Source of the DNA: an uncultured Clostridia bacterium
GTDB taxonomy: Bacteria; Bacillota; Clostridia; Christensenellales; UBA1242
Assembly: GCA_947593585.1 (NCBI GenBank)
Contig: CANQDP010000002.1
Location: 53,947 to 117,946, forward strand
Direction: 5' to 3'
DNA: 64,000 nucleotides
Numbering within the stretch: position 1 is the first letter of the stretch; every line of letters starts with the position of its first letter. The notes under the pieces are model-generated. The model saw nothing but the letters and a program-made list of their open reading frames with translations, did no database searches and had not been told where the DNA came from. This document shows, piece by piece, positions 41,809 through 51,320 of this stretch. Position numbers and translations under genes: made by a program.

Positions 41809-42018
41809 ATGGAAAATCAAAACATTATTAATTCACAAAAGATAAAAGATTTTATGCTTGAAAATAATTTAACAAAGGCAAAGTTTTGCAAAGCGTGTAA
41901 AATTGGCAGGGAAATGCTTGAAAAGATTTTGCGAGATTGCAAAGATGCTAGAATTTTGCCACTATATCGCATTGCTAAAGCTACGAATTGCGCAATTAAA
42001 GATTTGCTTTGCCAATAA
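41809..42018 (+). CDS. Small HTH protein (Cro-like partner, copy A2, 69 aa)
   Basis: SD aaggggg precedes the ATG at 41809. NNLTKAKFCKACKIGREMLEKIL...YRIAKATN is homologous to the 10284-10487 product. Confidence 0.65.
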   Translation: MENQNIINSQKIKDFMLENNLTKAKFCKACKIGREMLEKILRDCKDARILPLYRIAKATNCAIKDLLCQ

Positions 42019-42047
42019 AAAATAAGCCAAACGGCTTATTTTTTTGA
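42017..42047. terminator. Bidirectional terminator (A2 / ferredoxin)
   Basis: Stem ataagcc/ggcttat with A and T flanks. Confidence 0.65.
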
Positions 42048-42236
42048 TTTCTTTTTTGGTTCGGGCTCTTGTTTGTTGATGTCGATTGCGCCCATTGGGC
42101 AAAACCCCATGCAACTGCCACATTTAACGCATTTTTTTGGGTCTATGTGCGCTTTGCCGTCCACAAAACTGATTGCTTGCACTGGGCAGATTGCTATGCA
42201 TCCGCCACAAGATATACATTTTGATCTATCCACCAT
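42036..42236 (-). CDS. 2x[4Fe-4S] ferredoxin with a short Lys-rich tail
   Basis: CISCGGCIAICP and CVKCGSCMGFCP motifs. SD aaggag. Confidence 0.9.
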   Translation of the reverse strand: MVDRSKCISCGGCIAICPVQAISFVDGKAHIDPKKCVKCGSCMGFCPMGAIDINKQEPEPKKKSKK

Positions 42237-42295
42237 AAATAATTTCTCCTTTGTATAGTCTTATTCTAGCAAACAAAATAAGTTTAGTCAATTAT

Positions 42296-42841
42296 TTAAG
42301 CGGACTTGATTGTTTTTCGTTTGCCACCTTTTAGGATGAAATCGTTGATGTCTATTTTTGTGCGGGTGTAGCTATAATTGTCCGGATTGTCGCCAATCAA
42401 ATAATAACCATCATCCTCTTCGGCTAGTTGAAAAGAGCAATACCCACTGTGTTGCGCCTGATAAACGCTGCCTTCATCCGTTGGAATTGCCATAATGGAG
42501 AAAAAGCCTTCCGCTGTGTCGGTCCCGTCAAATTCGCCCGAAAACCACAAATCGGGATCCTGCTTTGCGGGTTTTAGCATGGCATCACTAGATAGCGGGT
42601 GAAGTGAAATCCTAAATTCGCCATAAGTTTGGTTTCTTATTGTTATTGCCACATTGCCCTCAAAGAAAGAGCCAAAAGCGAAGAAAATGCCATCGTCATA
42701 ATTAAAACTTTTGCCTTTTCTTATCACGTGCAACAACTCGTCTGGCAGTTTAGAAACATAATACACAAAAATTTCTCTTGCGTCCGCACTGTTTTTAAAC
42801 ATCTCGTTAAGAATGGCGTTATACTGCTTGTTGAATATCAT
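42296..42841 (-). CDS. Hypothetical protein, 181 aa
   Basis: Own promoter TTGACA-16-TGaTATAAT (minus strand, about 42868-42895) and SD aaggga. No motif recognised. Confidence 0.55.
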   Translation of the reverse strand: MIFNKQYNAILNEMFKNSADAREIFVYYVSKLPDELLHVIRKGKSFNYDDGIFFAFGSFFEGNVAITIRNQTYGEFRISLHPLSSDAMLKPAKQDPDLWFSGEFDGTDTAEGFFSIMAIPTDEGSVYQAQHSGYCSFQLAEEDDGYYLIGDNPDNYSYTRTKIDINDFILKGGKRKTIKSA

Positions 42842-42945
42842 AGTTTTGTCCCTTTGAACTTTATTATATCATCAAACCGAAATTTGTCAAGATGCAATTT
42901 TTATTATATTAATATAATAAATTAATAATTTTTGATTAAAAATGT

Positions 42946-42974
42946 TTGGAAAAAAGCGAAATGTGGGGTATAAT
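42946..42974 (+). promoter_or_regulatory. Promoter inside the annotated 5' extension of the trxB-like ORF, implying a leaderless start at 42981
   Basis: TTGGAA (42946-42951), 17 nt, TATAAT (42969-42974), then 6 nt, then ATG. Confidence 0.45.
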
Positions 42975-42980
42975 AAGAGC

Positions 42981-43877
42981 ATGAAAGCAGATGTGGTGAT
43001 TATTGGGGGAGGTCCTGCTGGCTTATCGGCTGGTATTTTTGCGTGCAGAGCAGGGCTTAATGTTGTGTTGATTGAAAAGTTGGTTGCCGGCGGTCAGGCA
43101 AGTGTTCCTTTCAAAATTGCCAATTATCCTGGTTTTAAAGAAATTTCTGGCCCAGACCTTGCAGAAAATCTGCGCTCACACGCAGAGAGTGCCGGCTTAA
43201 AAATAGTTTATGACGAAGTTGTTTCGCTTGACAAAACCAAGTCTGGTTTTTCAGTGTCTGCAAAGAAAGAAAGTTTTCAAGCAAAAAAAGTCATTATCGC
43301 TTGTGGCTGTGAAACGAAAACTTTAAATCTTGACGGCGAAAAAGAGCTCACGGGAAAGGGCGTGAGTTATTGCGCAAGTTGTGATGGTGGGTTTTTCAAA
43401 GGAATGCCCGTTGCCGTCATTGGCGGAGGGGACACAGCCATTGGAGATGTGGACTATTTGGTAAAACTCGCTAGTAAGGTTTATTTGATTAATCGTTCTG
43501 AAAAATTTCGTGCAGGTGAGCGTGAATTGGCTAGGATTAAGAAATATAAAAATCTAGAAATTATAACAGATGCCACAGTGAAAAAACTGCACGGGAAAGA
43601 TTGCCTTGAAAAGATAGACATAAGCGTTGCGGGCAAAAAAAGGCAGCTTAATGTGAAAGCAATATTTGTGGCAATCGGGGCAGAGCCTAAGTTGGACTTT
43701 ATAAATTTTGGCATAGACACAGACAGGCAAGGATATATCGAAGTGGATAGCGATATGCAAACCAGTGAGAAAAACTTGTTTGCCTGTGGGGACATTATCA
43801 GCAAAGATTTTAGGCAAATTGTCATTGCTTGTGCCGAAGGGGCAATCGCAGGGAATGCGTGTGTAGGGGTAAGATGA
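42981..43877 (+). CDS. trxB: Thioredoxin-reductase-like flavoprotein (CxxC present, NADPH HRRxxxR motif degenerate)
   Basis: MKADVVIIGGGPAGLSAG FAD motif, redox CASC, and a second GGGDTA dinucleotide motif. INRSEKFRA replaces the usual IHRRDxFRA. The ORF-track start at 42942 is an alternative. Confidence 0.8.
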   Translation: MKADVVIIGGGPAGLSAGIFACRAGLNVVLIEKLVAGGQASVPFKIANYPGFKEISGPDLAENLRSHAESAGLKIVYDEVVSLDKTKSGFSVSAKKESFQAKKVIIACGCETKTLNLDGEKELTGKGVSYCASCDGGFFKGMPVAVIGGGDTAIGDVDYLVKLASKVYLINRSEKFRAGERELARIKKYKNLEIITDATVKKLHGKDCLEKIDISVAGKKRQLNVKAIFVAIGAEPKLDFINFGIDTDRQGYIEVDSDMQTSEKNLFACGDIISKDFRQIVIACAEGAIAGNACVGVR

Positions 43878-46800
43878 AAAAGAAAAAGATTGAGTTGTTG
43901 TCCGTTATTTGTATGCTCGTGCTGGCGCTCGGGGTTATTTTCTCGCTCGGCACAGTTTTTGCAAAGGACGATTTAAAAAACGAAAACCAATTAAAAAATG
44001 AAAATCAAATCGAGGTTATAAGTGAAGGTGGCAAGGCCGGCATCAAGATTATAAGTGATGGGAGCGAAGTTAGCAGTGTGGGTAGCCTCGTTGTTTATCA
44101 AAATGGGGATGACTACGGCTTTTTGAAAGAGGACGCAGGCCAAACTTCGGGCTATGGCAAATATCTCACTAAAGATAGCGTTAGGCTTGAAACCATGGCA
44201 AAAACCGGCTATGAATTGGTGGGCTGGAACATTACATACACATCCAATGTGGGTGGAGTGCGTCAAGAAAAGACTGAGCACCTTCTAAATCTGGAAGGCG
44301 TGGCTCAAACCACTCATTCTATTGAAGGCGAAGAGGTTGACGGGCAACCCGTGCAAATCGTTATGGACTATGAGGACCAGGACGGGGACGGATGCTTTGA
44401 TAAAGGTGCGTTTTCAGTTTCAAACATTTTTAGCGATATGACGGTTGACGCCGTTTATGATTATATCTACTATAATGTGGATGTAACTTCTGTGTTTGAC
44501 TATTTGCTGTTTGAAAACGAGCCGATTGAGATTGGCGAAGGGCGCACGCTTTATTATTCTGTGAATGACGGGTCGTATAAAAACGCATATGTTAAGGCGG
44601 GCGATTTGTGCTATTATTATGGCGAAGTGTTTGTTGATGGCGGGCAGTATTACACCTCGCACCTCACAAACGGCGTTCCTCAAAAAATCGACATTTCAAG
44701 GGGAGCGTTTAGGCTGAGCGAGCCTCTCAATGTGAATTTCGACATTGCGGATAAAGACATTAAAGACAGCACAAGTGTGAATATTGATGTGCTTAGCGTT
44801 AGTGTCATGGAGGACGGCTCAACCACCACCTATTTAGATGGCGCAGTTGAAATCGTGAAGGAAGAGGAGAACTATAATCGCACGAGCGAAGTTAGATTAA
44901 ACATTCCTATTAAAAACACTTTGGCGCACACCACATTTATCTCTTTTGAAGTGCAAAATCTTTATTTGGCAACAATCAACCTAGAAGTTGACGGAAAAAA
45001 TAGTGAAAACGGCAACGAATATGAAAAGTCTTCGATTGACTATATTTTAAATAGACTAGTGGCAAACTATTATTATTTCAAAGTGTCTGCAAATCAATTC
45101 CTTGTGAAAAACTATTTGCAAAATGAAAACAATCAAATTTTTGAGCTCTATTGCAACTCAAAAATAACGGGTGAGAGCGATAGTTATGTTTATTACACAT
45201 TCACGAGTTTGGCTCTCTCTGGCAATGTGGATAAAGGGCAAGATTATGTGATTGGCAATGTGGTGAGATATTCAAATGTCATTGACGATTTCACCATTGA
45301 TGTGGGTTATTCATCCACAAGATATTCAATTTCGTTTGTGCCATATTTGTTAGACGGCAATAGTTTGCTCTTAATAAACGATGCCGGCTTCAAACTTGAT
45401 AAGCAGATCGATAACCTCTTAAGAGGGCAGACGGTAAACTTGCAAAAGACGGAAATCACGGATAGCAATGTGGGTTATTCGTTCTATGGATATTCCCTCA
45501 GTTTAAACGCGGAAGTCATTAAGCAAAACACATCACTTGAAGTGCAAATAGACGAGGTTAGGCCAAGTGACATAGAGGTCTATTTAATCTATAAGATTGT
45601 GGATTTATCACTAAAACTTTCAAACTATGACGCAATAACTCTAACGGATGGGGATAGCAAAACGCTCCCTTTAAACACAATTGTAATCAGTTTAAATGGA
45701 AGCGAACTGTTGAGGCTGACCGATGCAGAACTTAGAACAGATGATAATAGGTTCACGCCAAACAAATCACTAGAAATCACATCAATCTATGGCTATGATT
45801 TTGCGCTTGGTGATGAAATTAAGATTGAGGCAATCTTCAACCCGGGCTTTGAGGGTGGCGGATTTTATATTGATAGCGTTGGTGGTGCACTTTCTTCAAC
45901 CGGCGCAATTTATTCATTCAAAATCACACAAGATTTCATAAATATTTTAAGTTCAAACACCATTGATGTGAAAATTATTGAAAAATTTGTGGAGTACACT
46001 TTCACTTACTATATCAACCCAACGCGAGATTTCACCACAGAAGAAGATGTGATAATGGCAGACATTTGGGTGGACGATGTGGAAGGTGCGGAAATTTTCT
46101 ATTATTATCAAGGTGAAGAAGAAGCCCAACCTGCACCAAAGCAGGAAGAAAAAGTTGTGGTTAAAATCGTGATTGAAAAAGCGAAATTAAACACAAAAGT
46201 GAACTTATATGCAAAGAGCAGGCAGGGTGGCACAGAAGAGCATTACACTTATGATTTCGTGCGTTTCTCAGCAGATAACAAATCAAACCTTTTGCCATAT
46301 AATCAAGTGGGCGACCAATATAGTTACACTGCGAATATCTACACAGACGGCATTGCTGTGAGCGTGCTTTATTCATCGTCTTCTTCCATTTTGGTTATCA
46401 CCACAAACAAAGGCTCGGCTTTTGACGGGGATAAATTGAGCGATTATGTGCAAATCACGCAAGGCGGTTTCCCTGTTGAGATAGACGATAACAATCAAGC
46501 AAAAATTATCACCGGACTATTCAATGTGCAATTCAAAAAGAATTATAATTTTGGCTATATTATCAATTCTTATGTGTTGAAAGTGAATGGCACAACTCAC
46601 ACTCAGCGAAGCGAAACAAACAACTCTTTCCCATACGCAGAAGACTTTACGCTTTATTCGGACGGGGATAATAACGAGTTGGTTATCAATTTTGATGAAA
46701 TTGTTTTCCAAGTTACAATTCGTCAAAGCGGTTTGTATTATGATAGCGCCACAAACGAGTATAAGGAATTAGATAACGAAATTTATTATTTTGGCAATGC

Positions 46801-49800
46801 TGGTTTTGTGGAACTGACAGTGGAAAATTTTGCCCTGCAATTTGATATGCCGGAAGGAAGTTTTGTCGAGCACTTCTATTTCGTTAGAAACGGCTCTAGC
46901 ATAGAAGCACCAAGTTATAATCAAACGAATGAAGAAAATTCATCGCAATATAATCACGCGCTGACCATGCAGGATGTTACGCAATATGGCACAAACTTAG
47001 GGCTAAGATATTTGCTTGAAGTTAGGGTGAATTATGCCCTTCACACCTATCAACTTAAGGTTAATTATCAATTCTTAATTCCAAAAGGGGACGCTAAGGA
47101 TGGCAGAGTGCAATATCCGCTTTTAAGATTAGAATATAATTTTAGGGGCAGAGATGTTTTGACTGTTAGCGACAAAAATCAAAAAATCACCACATTTGAA
47201 AATATATATTATGGTGTTAAGCCAACAATCACGCTTGCGAGCGACTTGCCAAATGGCTACATTTCAAACGCAAATTGGCTATTCTCAAATCAAATATCTT
47301 ATTTGGACGAGTGCACAAGCGATTCTATCACAATAAATAAATTGACCTCTAATCGAGAGTTGATTTATATGCTTGAATATAAAAAATTCAACATTGAAAT
47401 TATAAACCTAAATGGCGAAGGCAGAGGAAACGCAGTTGTTGAAGTTAACGGCACGCGTGATTTATATAGCATTGAGATGTTTGATAAATTAAAAATTTCC
47501 TTCAACGCACTAAAAAACCAAGGCTATAAATTTATTGATGTTGTCTATTATTCAAACTACACATTAGGCGAATGGGGTTGGCAGGAATATGAAGGGAAAT
47601 TGTTTGAATATGTTGACGGGCAGTTTGTGCAGGCATCTTCATCATATAGGGAAGATGCCACATATTACATCCAGCAAGTGTATAACACCTCAAACATTTT
47701 CCAAGACGATGAAATAGACATAAACAACTACGCAGTTATTAATAGTTTGGTTAACTATGGCGATTTCAGCGTTGAAACCAGCACGATTAAATTTTATGTT
47801 GAATATGATTATATCCAAGTTAAAATTGAAAACATAAGCCAAGACTATAGTTCGGTTAGCTTGGGCATTGCAGGCGTTTCGCCAAACGAATATGCTAGCT
47901 ACACAGTGTTTAAAAAGCAAAACTCTGAGTTGATTGAGTTGGATGAAAACAGCACGGTTACGGCTTTGGATAGCGTGCAAATCCGCATCAAAATAAATAG
48001 TGCAACGCTAAGGCGATTGGCTGGCCTTGAAGAGGAAGAAATTGATTTATCTAAAGGCTTAAAACTATTTAATGTGTCCTATGCATTGAAAGTGAATGAA
48101 GCTAAAGAAGATGGCTATCATTATTATATTGATTTCAACATCCGCGATGTGGTTGGCAATGTGGATAATGAAGATGTGCTTAGCCTGATTTATTCATATG
48201 CAATTCAAACCAAGCAAGTGGAAATCACCACCAACATTTCAAGTACATCATTCTATTATGAAGACGATTTCACAAAGTTCCAGATGAACTATAGAGCGAT
48301 TGAGCCATTCAGCGGTCAAAATAGCTCCACTCTAACCACAAAACTTTCAAATGAAATGCAGTTCTTAGGAGCGGCAGTGTTCACTTATCAGTGGAACGAG
48401 CGAAATGGCAAGAGCGATGGCAGGTTCTTTGGAGTGGAAAGCATTGTTGTGTATGACAATCGTGGCAATGTTATCAATCCTGAAGATTACATCAAGTATG
48501 GCGTTGAGCCACAAAACGCCTTCACACAAATCAATGTTAGGTTTGTGGAAGACATTAAAATTGTGCTCTATGTTGAGCCAAAGATTGACTATAATGCCGA
48601 GTTGCGGGGCGATGAGTATTGGTATAGCAAAATCTTCTTGTGCAATGAACTTGGCGAAGGGTTAGAAAATAGGCTCACTGCAGGTAATGGGGATAATTAT
48701 GATTTCAACACTGCCGATGAAATTGCAAGAAGCTTAATCATCAGTTATTGCCCAAGAGATGAGTATGACCAAGCCATAACCGATAGAGAGAAGAACGATG
48801 TCCTTAGCAAATATCAAAACTTTGTGCCTATCAATAAGGGTGAATATAGAGTTGTGATTTCGTTTGACGACACGAGTGAAGGATATGAGTGGCTAAGCGA
48901 AATTAAGATAAATAAGAAAATCTATCTTGAAATAACTCCAAAAAATATTTGGTTGGTTTGCGCAGATTCATTCAAATATGCCGTCAATTATTTTGGCGGA
49001 AGCTATTTGTCTTATGGTATAGTGGCAGATTACATCTCAATTGTTAGTGACAACATCAACCTAGAGATGGCTTCACAGGGCAATTTTGCCTTTGCAAACG
49101 ACCCAACTTGCCAGATAACAATTGCGGACGAAAACGGCATTCAGCAGGCAGACCCAAATGCGGGCAGAAACAAAAACTTAACTTTAACTAACATTCATTT
49201 GGCAAACAATGAGTTTAATAATAACTTTGTGTTAAATGACGACCTGTTGGTGATTTTATATGCCATAGAGGTGAAGAAAATCACATTAGGTGTGGCTGGC
49301 ATTGAAGTGTTTAGCAAGGTGTATGACGGCACAAAGGCTGTTGACTTTGACGATTCCAACATGGAATTTGGTGCAGGCATTGTGGAAGCGGATAAAGACT
49401 TAGTTTGGATTGATTCGCACAGCCTTGTGATTGAATATCTTGATGCGGAAATTGGGCTCAACAAACCAATCGTTGCCTCTGCTGGCAATGCCTTGAAAGA
49501 TGTGGACCCATTAAACCCTAAGGCTCAAAACTACACATTGTCTTTAAACAACTATCAAGCAAGCATCTATCCATATATGCTTAGCACATATGTGGCAGGT
49601 TTGGGCGAAATTAATGTCAAGAACGATAGGGGCAAAATGAACCCAAGCGATGAGGCAAAATCGTATCGCCAATATGTGGATGCGATAGACTTCAATAGTG
49701 AATTGGTTGTGGATGTCATCTATCCTGATAGCGTTGAGTATAGGGACATTTATCCAAACATTTCCAAATATCTATCCACACTAAATGTGTTTGCAATCGG

Positions 49801-50146
49801 TTATAGAATTTATATGGATGTGAATGGAGAAAGGCAAGCTTTAAATAATAGTTTGTATTTATCGCTTCCAAACATCAATAGGCTTTCATCTTCACTATGG
49901 CTAACAGGCAGTGAATCTGGCAAGTTAGATTTTGTGGAAGAGGCAGATAGGGTGCAGGTTGATTTGAGTCAAGTTTCTGCCGATTTTGAAGGCATAGTGT
50001 TCATTCAATCCAAGCAGTTCCTCACATGGTGGCAAATCACTTTGATTATCTTGCTGTTGCTAATCATCATCTTGTTGCTTGTGATTTGGTATATTCACGA
50101 ACGAAGAAAGAAAAAGAAAAAAGACGAATTGAATGAGAAAATTTAG
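43874..50146 (+). CDS. Giant (about 2091 aa) cell-surface protein with a signal peptide and a C-terminal TM anchor
   Basis: The ATG at 43874 overlaps the trxB-like stop (ATGA), with SD agggg upstream. MKKKKIELLSVICMLVLALGVIFSLGTVFA signal peptide. A GYELVGWN Listeria-Bacteroides-type repeat and a KVYDGTKAV YDG/MBG-like module. C-terminal WWQITLIILLLLIIILLLVIWYI followed by KKKKKK. Confidence 0.8.
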   Translation: MKKKKIELLSVICMLVLALGVIFSLGTVFAKDDLKNENQLKNENQIEVISEGGKAGIKIISDGSEVSSVGSLVVYQNGDDYGFLKEDAGQTSGYGKYLTKDSVRLETMAKTGYELVGWNITYTSNVGGVRQEKTEHLLNLEGVAQTTHSIEGEEVDGQPVQIVMDYEDQDGDGCFDKGAFSVSNIFSDMTVDAVYDYIYYNVDVTSVFDYLLFENEPIEIGEGRTLYYSVNDGSYKNAYVKAGDLCYYYGEVFVDGGQYYTSHLTNGVPQKIDISRGAFRLSEPLNVNFDIADKDIKDSTSVNIDVLSVSVMEDGSTTTYLDGAVEIVKEEENYNRTSEVRLNIPIKNTLAHTTFISFEVQNLYLATINLEVDGKNSENGNEYEKSSIDYILNRLVANYYYFKVSANQFLVKNYLQNENNQIFELYCNSKITGESDSYVYYTFTSLALSGNVDKGQDYVIGNVVRYSNVIDDFTIDVGYSSTRYSISFVPYLLDGNSLLLINDAGFKLDKQIDNLLRGQTVNLQKTEITDSNVGYSFYGYSLSLNAEVIKQNTSLEVQIDEVRPSDIEVYLIYKIVDLSLKLSNYDAITLTDGDSKTLPLNTIVISLNGSELLRLTDAELRTDDNRFTPNKSLEITSIYGYDFALGDEIKIEAIFNPGFEGGGFYIDSVGGALSSTGAIYSFKITQDFINILSSNTIDVKIIEKFVEYTFTYYINPTRDFTTEEDVIMADIWVDDVEGAEIFYYYQGEEEAQPAPKQEEKVVVKIVIEKAKLNTKVNLYAKSRQGGTEEHYTYDFVRFSADNKSNLLPYNQVGDQYSYTANIYTDGIAVSVLYSSSSSILVITTNKGSAFDGDKLSDYVQITQGGFPVEIDDNNQAKIITGLFNVQFKKNYNFGYIINSYVLKVNGTTHTQRSETNNSFPYAEDFTLYSDGDNNELVINFDEIVFQVTIRQSGLYYDSATNEYKELDNEIYYFGNAGFVELTVENFALQFDMPEGSFVEHFYFVRNGSSIEAPSYNQTNEENSSQYNHALTMQDVTQYGTNLGLRYLLEVRVNYALHTYQLKVNYQFLIPKGDAKDGRVQYPLLRLEYNFRGRDVLTVSDKNQKITTFENIYYGVKPTITLASDLPNGYISNANWLFSNQISYLDECTSDSITINKLTSNRELIYMLEYKKFNIEIINLNGEGRGNAVVEVNGTRDLYSIEMFDKLKISFNALKNQGYKFIDVVYYSNYTLGEWGWQEYEGKLFEYVDGQFVQASSSYREDATYYIQQVYNTSNIFQDDEIDINNYAVINSLVNYGDFSVETSTIKFYVEYDYIQVKIENISQDYSSVSLGIAGVSPNEYASYTVFKKQNSELIELDENSTVTALDSVQIRIKINSATLRRLAGLEEEEIDLSKGLKLFNVSYALKVNEAKEDGYHYYIDFNIRDVVGNVDNEDVLSLIYSYAIQTKQVEITTNISSTSFYYEDDFTKFQMNYRAIEPFSGQNSSTLTTKLSNEMQFLGAAVFTYQWNERNGKSDGRFFGVESIVVYDNRGNVINPEDYIKYGVEPQNAFTQINVRFVEDIKIVLYVEPKIDYNAELRGDEYWYSKIFLCNELGEGLENRLTAGNGDNYDFNTADEIARSLIISYCPRDEYDQAITDREKNDVLSKYQNFVPINKGEYRVVISFDDTSEGYEWLSEIKINKKIYLEITPKNIWLVCADSFKYAVNYFGGSYLSYGIVADYISIVSDNINLEMASQGNFAFANDPTCQITIADENGIQQADPNAGRNKNLTLTNIHLANNEFNNNFVLNDDLLVILYAIEVKKITLGVAGIEVFSKVYDGTKAVDFDDSNMEFGAGIVEADKDLVWIDSHSLVIEYLDAEIGLNKPIVASAGNALKDVDPLNPKAQNYTLSLNNYQASIYPYMLSTYVAGLGEINVKNDRGKMNPSDEAKSYRQYVDAIDFNSELVVDVIYPDSVEYRDIYPNISKYLSTLNVFAIGYRIYMDVNGERQALNNSLYLSLPNINRLSSSLWLTGSESGKLDFVEEADRVQVDLSQVSADFEGIVFIQSKQFLTWWQITLIILLLLIIILLLVIWYIHERRKKKKKDELNEKI

Positions 50147-50154
50147 GAGTTTTA

Positions 50155-50694
50155 ATGTTTAGTTGTAAATACAAACTTGAGCTAGAAGATTGCTTGATTA
50201 GTGCAAAATATGTGTATAAATCTCAAAAGCGCAAGCAAGATAAATTTGTGGCTGCGCTGCTCCCAATCCTAATGGTGTGCATGGTGGCAATGCTTATAAT
50301 AGACCTTGTGAACCACCGCTCATTTGTTTGGGATATTGTGCTGCTTGCCGCACTTGTTGTGCTCGAAGTGATATATTTAATCATTCCGCTTACTCTCACA
50401 AGGTCGCAAAAAAAATCGTTTAAGCAGCAAAACTTGGCGAGCATGGATTATTTGCTTATCACGATTGATGACACGCTTTGCACAGAAACGATGTTTAAAG
50501 ACGGGGAAGAAAAAGCGAAAAGCCCACACAGCCTGAAGCAACTCACGAGCTATATTGAGGATAACACAAGGCTGATTTTGGTGTTTAATAAAATTGAATT
50601 TGTTTGCTTAAGAAAGGCAAATTTAGAGGGCGATTTAAACAAATTAAAAGCACATCTTGAAAAATGTATGTCTAAGAGCATTAAAAGAAAATAA
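50155..50694 (+). CDS. YcxB-like membrane protein
   Basis: Two TM helices followed by RLILVFNKIEFVCLRKANL. Paralogous architecture to the 19306 gene product. Confidence 0.5.
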   Translation: MFSCKYKLELEDCLISAKYVYKSQKRKQDKFVAALLPILMVCMVAMLIIDLVNHRSFVWDIVLLAALVVLEVIYLIIPLTLTRSQKKSFKQQNLASMDYLLITIDDTLCTETMFKDGEEKAKSPHSLKQLTSYIEDNTRLILVFNKIEFVCLRKANLEGDLNKLKAHLEKCMSKSIKRK

Positions 50695-50722
50695 GGAGGC
50701 GTTGCCTCCTTATTTATTTTTT
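50690..50722. terminator. Bidirectional terminator
   Basis: Stem aaggaggc/gcctcctt followed by a T-rich tail. Confidence 0.65.
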
Positions 50723-51160
50723 GTTTTTCGTTTGAGTGGTGCTTTTGTTTGAAGCCAAAAGTTTGCCGGCTGCTTTCATGCTTAGCCCAATATCTCTTCT
50801 GCACTCCACCTTATATTTGGTAAGGGAAGCTTTGTTTAACTGACCTTGGTTTAGAGATAATGCCCTAAATTGCTCGGCTAGGCTAATATTGTTTAACACG
50901 CAAAGCAATTCGTTATAAGCTTCTTTTGCTCGCCTAATAAACTCTGGGTTGCCCGCAATGTTTGGGCTTTGCTCCAAATCGTCTAATAGTTTAAAAGACT
51001 TTTCGATTGCTTGCTTTTTGATGCTAAAGTTTTGGTCAAACAAAATTGCATCGCGGTTAAGCAAATCGTTTATGTCCTTTTTAATAAAAAATATTATAAG
51101 CAGAGTGATGAGTGAAACAACCATGCCCACAACGCCACCCCAAATGGCAACTTCTTGCAT
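50714..51160 (-). CDS. Hypothetical N-terminally membrane-anchored protein, 148 aa
   Basis: One TM helix (WGGVVGMVVSLITLLIIFFI) and SD aggggg. No motif recognised. Confidence 0.55.
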   Translation of the reverse strand: MQEVAIWGGVVGMVVSLITLLIIFFIKKDINDLLNRDAILFDQNFSIKKQAIEKSFKLLDDLEQSPNIAGNPEFIRRAKEAYNELLCVLNNISLAEQFRALSLNQGQLNKASLTKYKVECRRDIGLSMKAAGKLLASNKSTTQTKNKK

Positions 51161-51292
51161 ATTTCCCCCTTCAATATAATTATTATATCAAACAATAAAA
51201 AAATTACCAAATCTTTTTTAAATATTTTTTTAATTTGGTAATTTAGTTTTGCCTACAAAAAACCAATAAGGTGAGCCCTTATAAAAATTAAA

Positions 51293-51320
51293 TAAAAAAC
51301 GACCGCAAGGGTCGATTTTT
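51293..51320 (-). terminator. hup terminator
   Basis: Stem cgacc/ggtcg with a T-run on the minus strand. Confidence 0.6.

Noticed and set aside
40856-42018. Interpretation of the XRE array as a prophage immunity region
   Set aside because: This is not adopted as the primary call because no integrase, excisionase, structural or lysis gene is recognisable within 10 kb or more on either side. It remains the main alternative to test.
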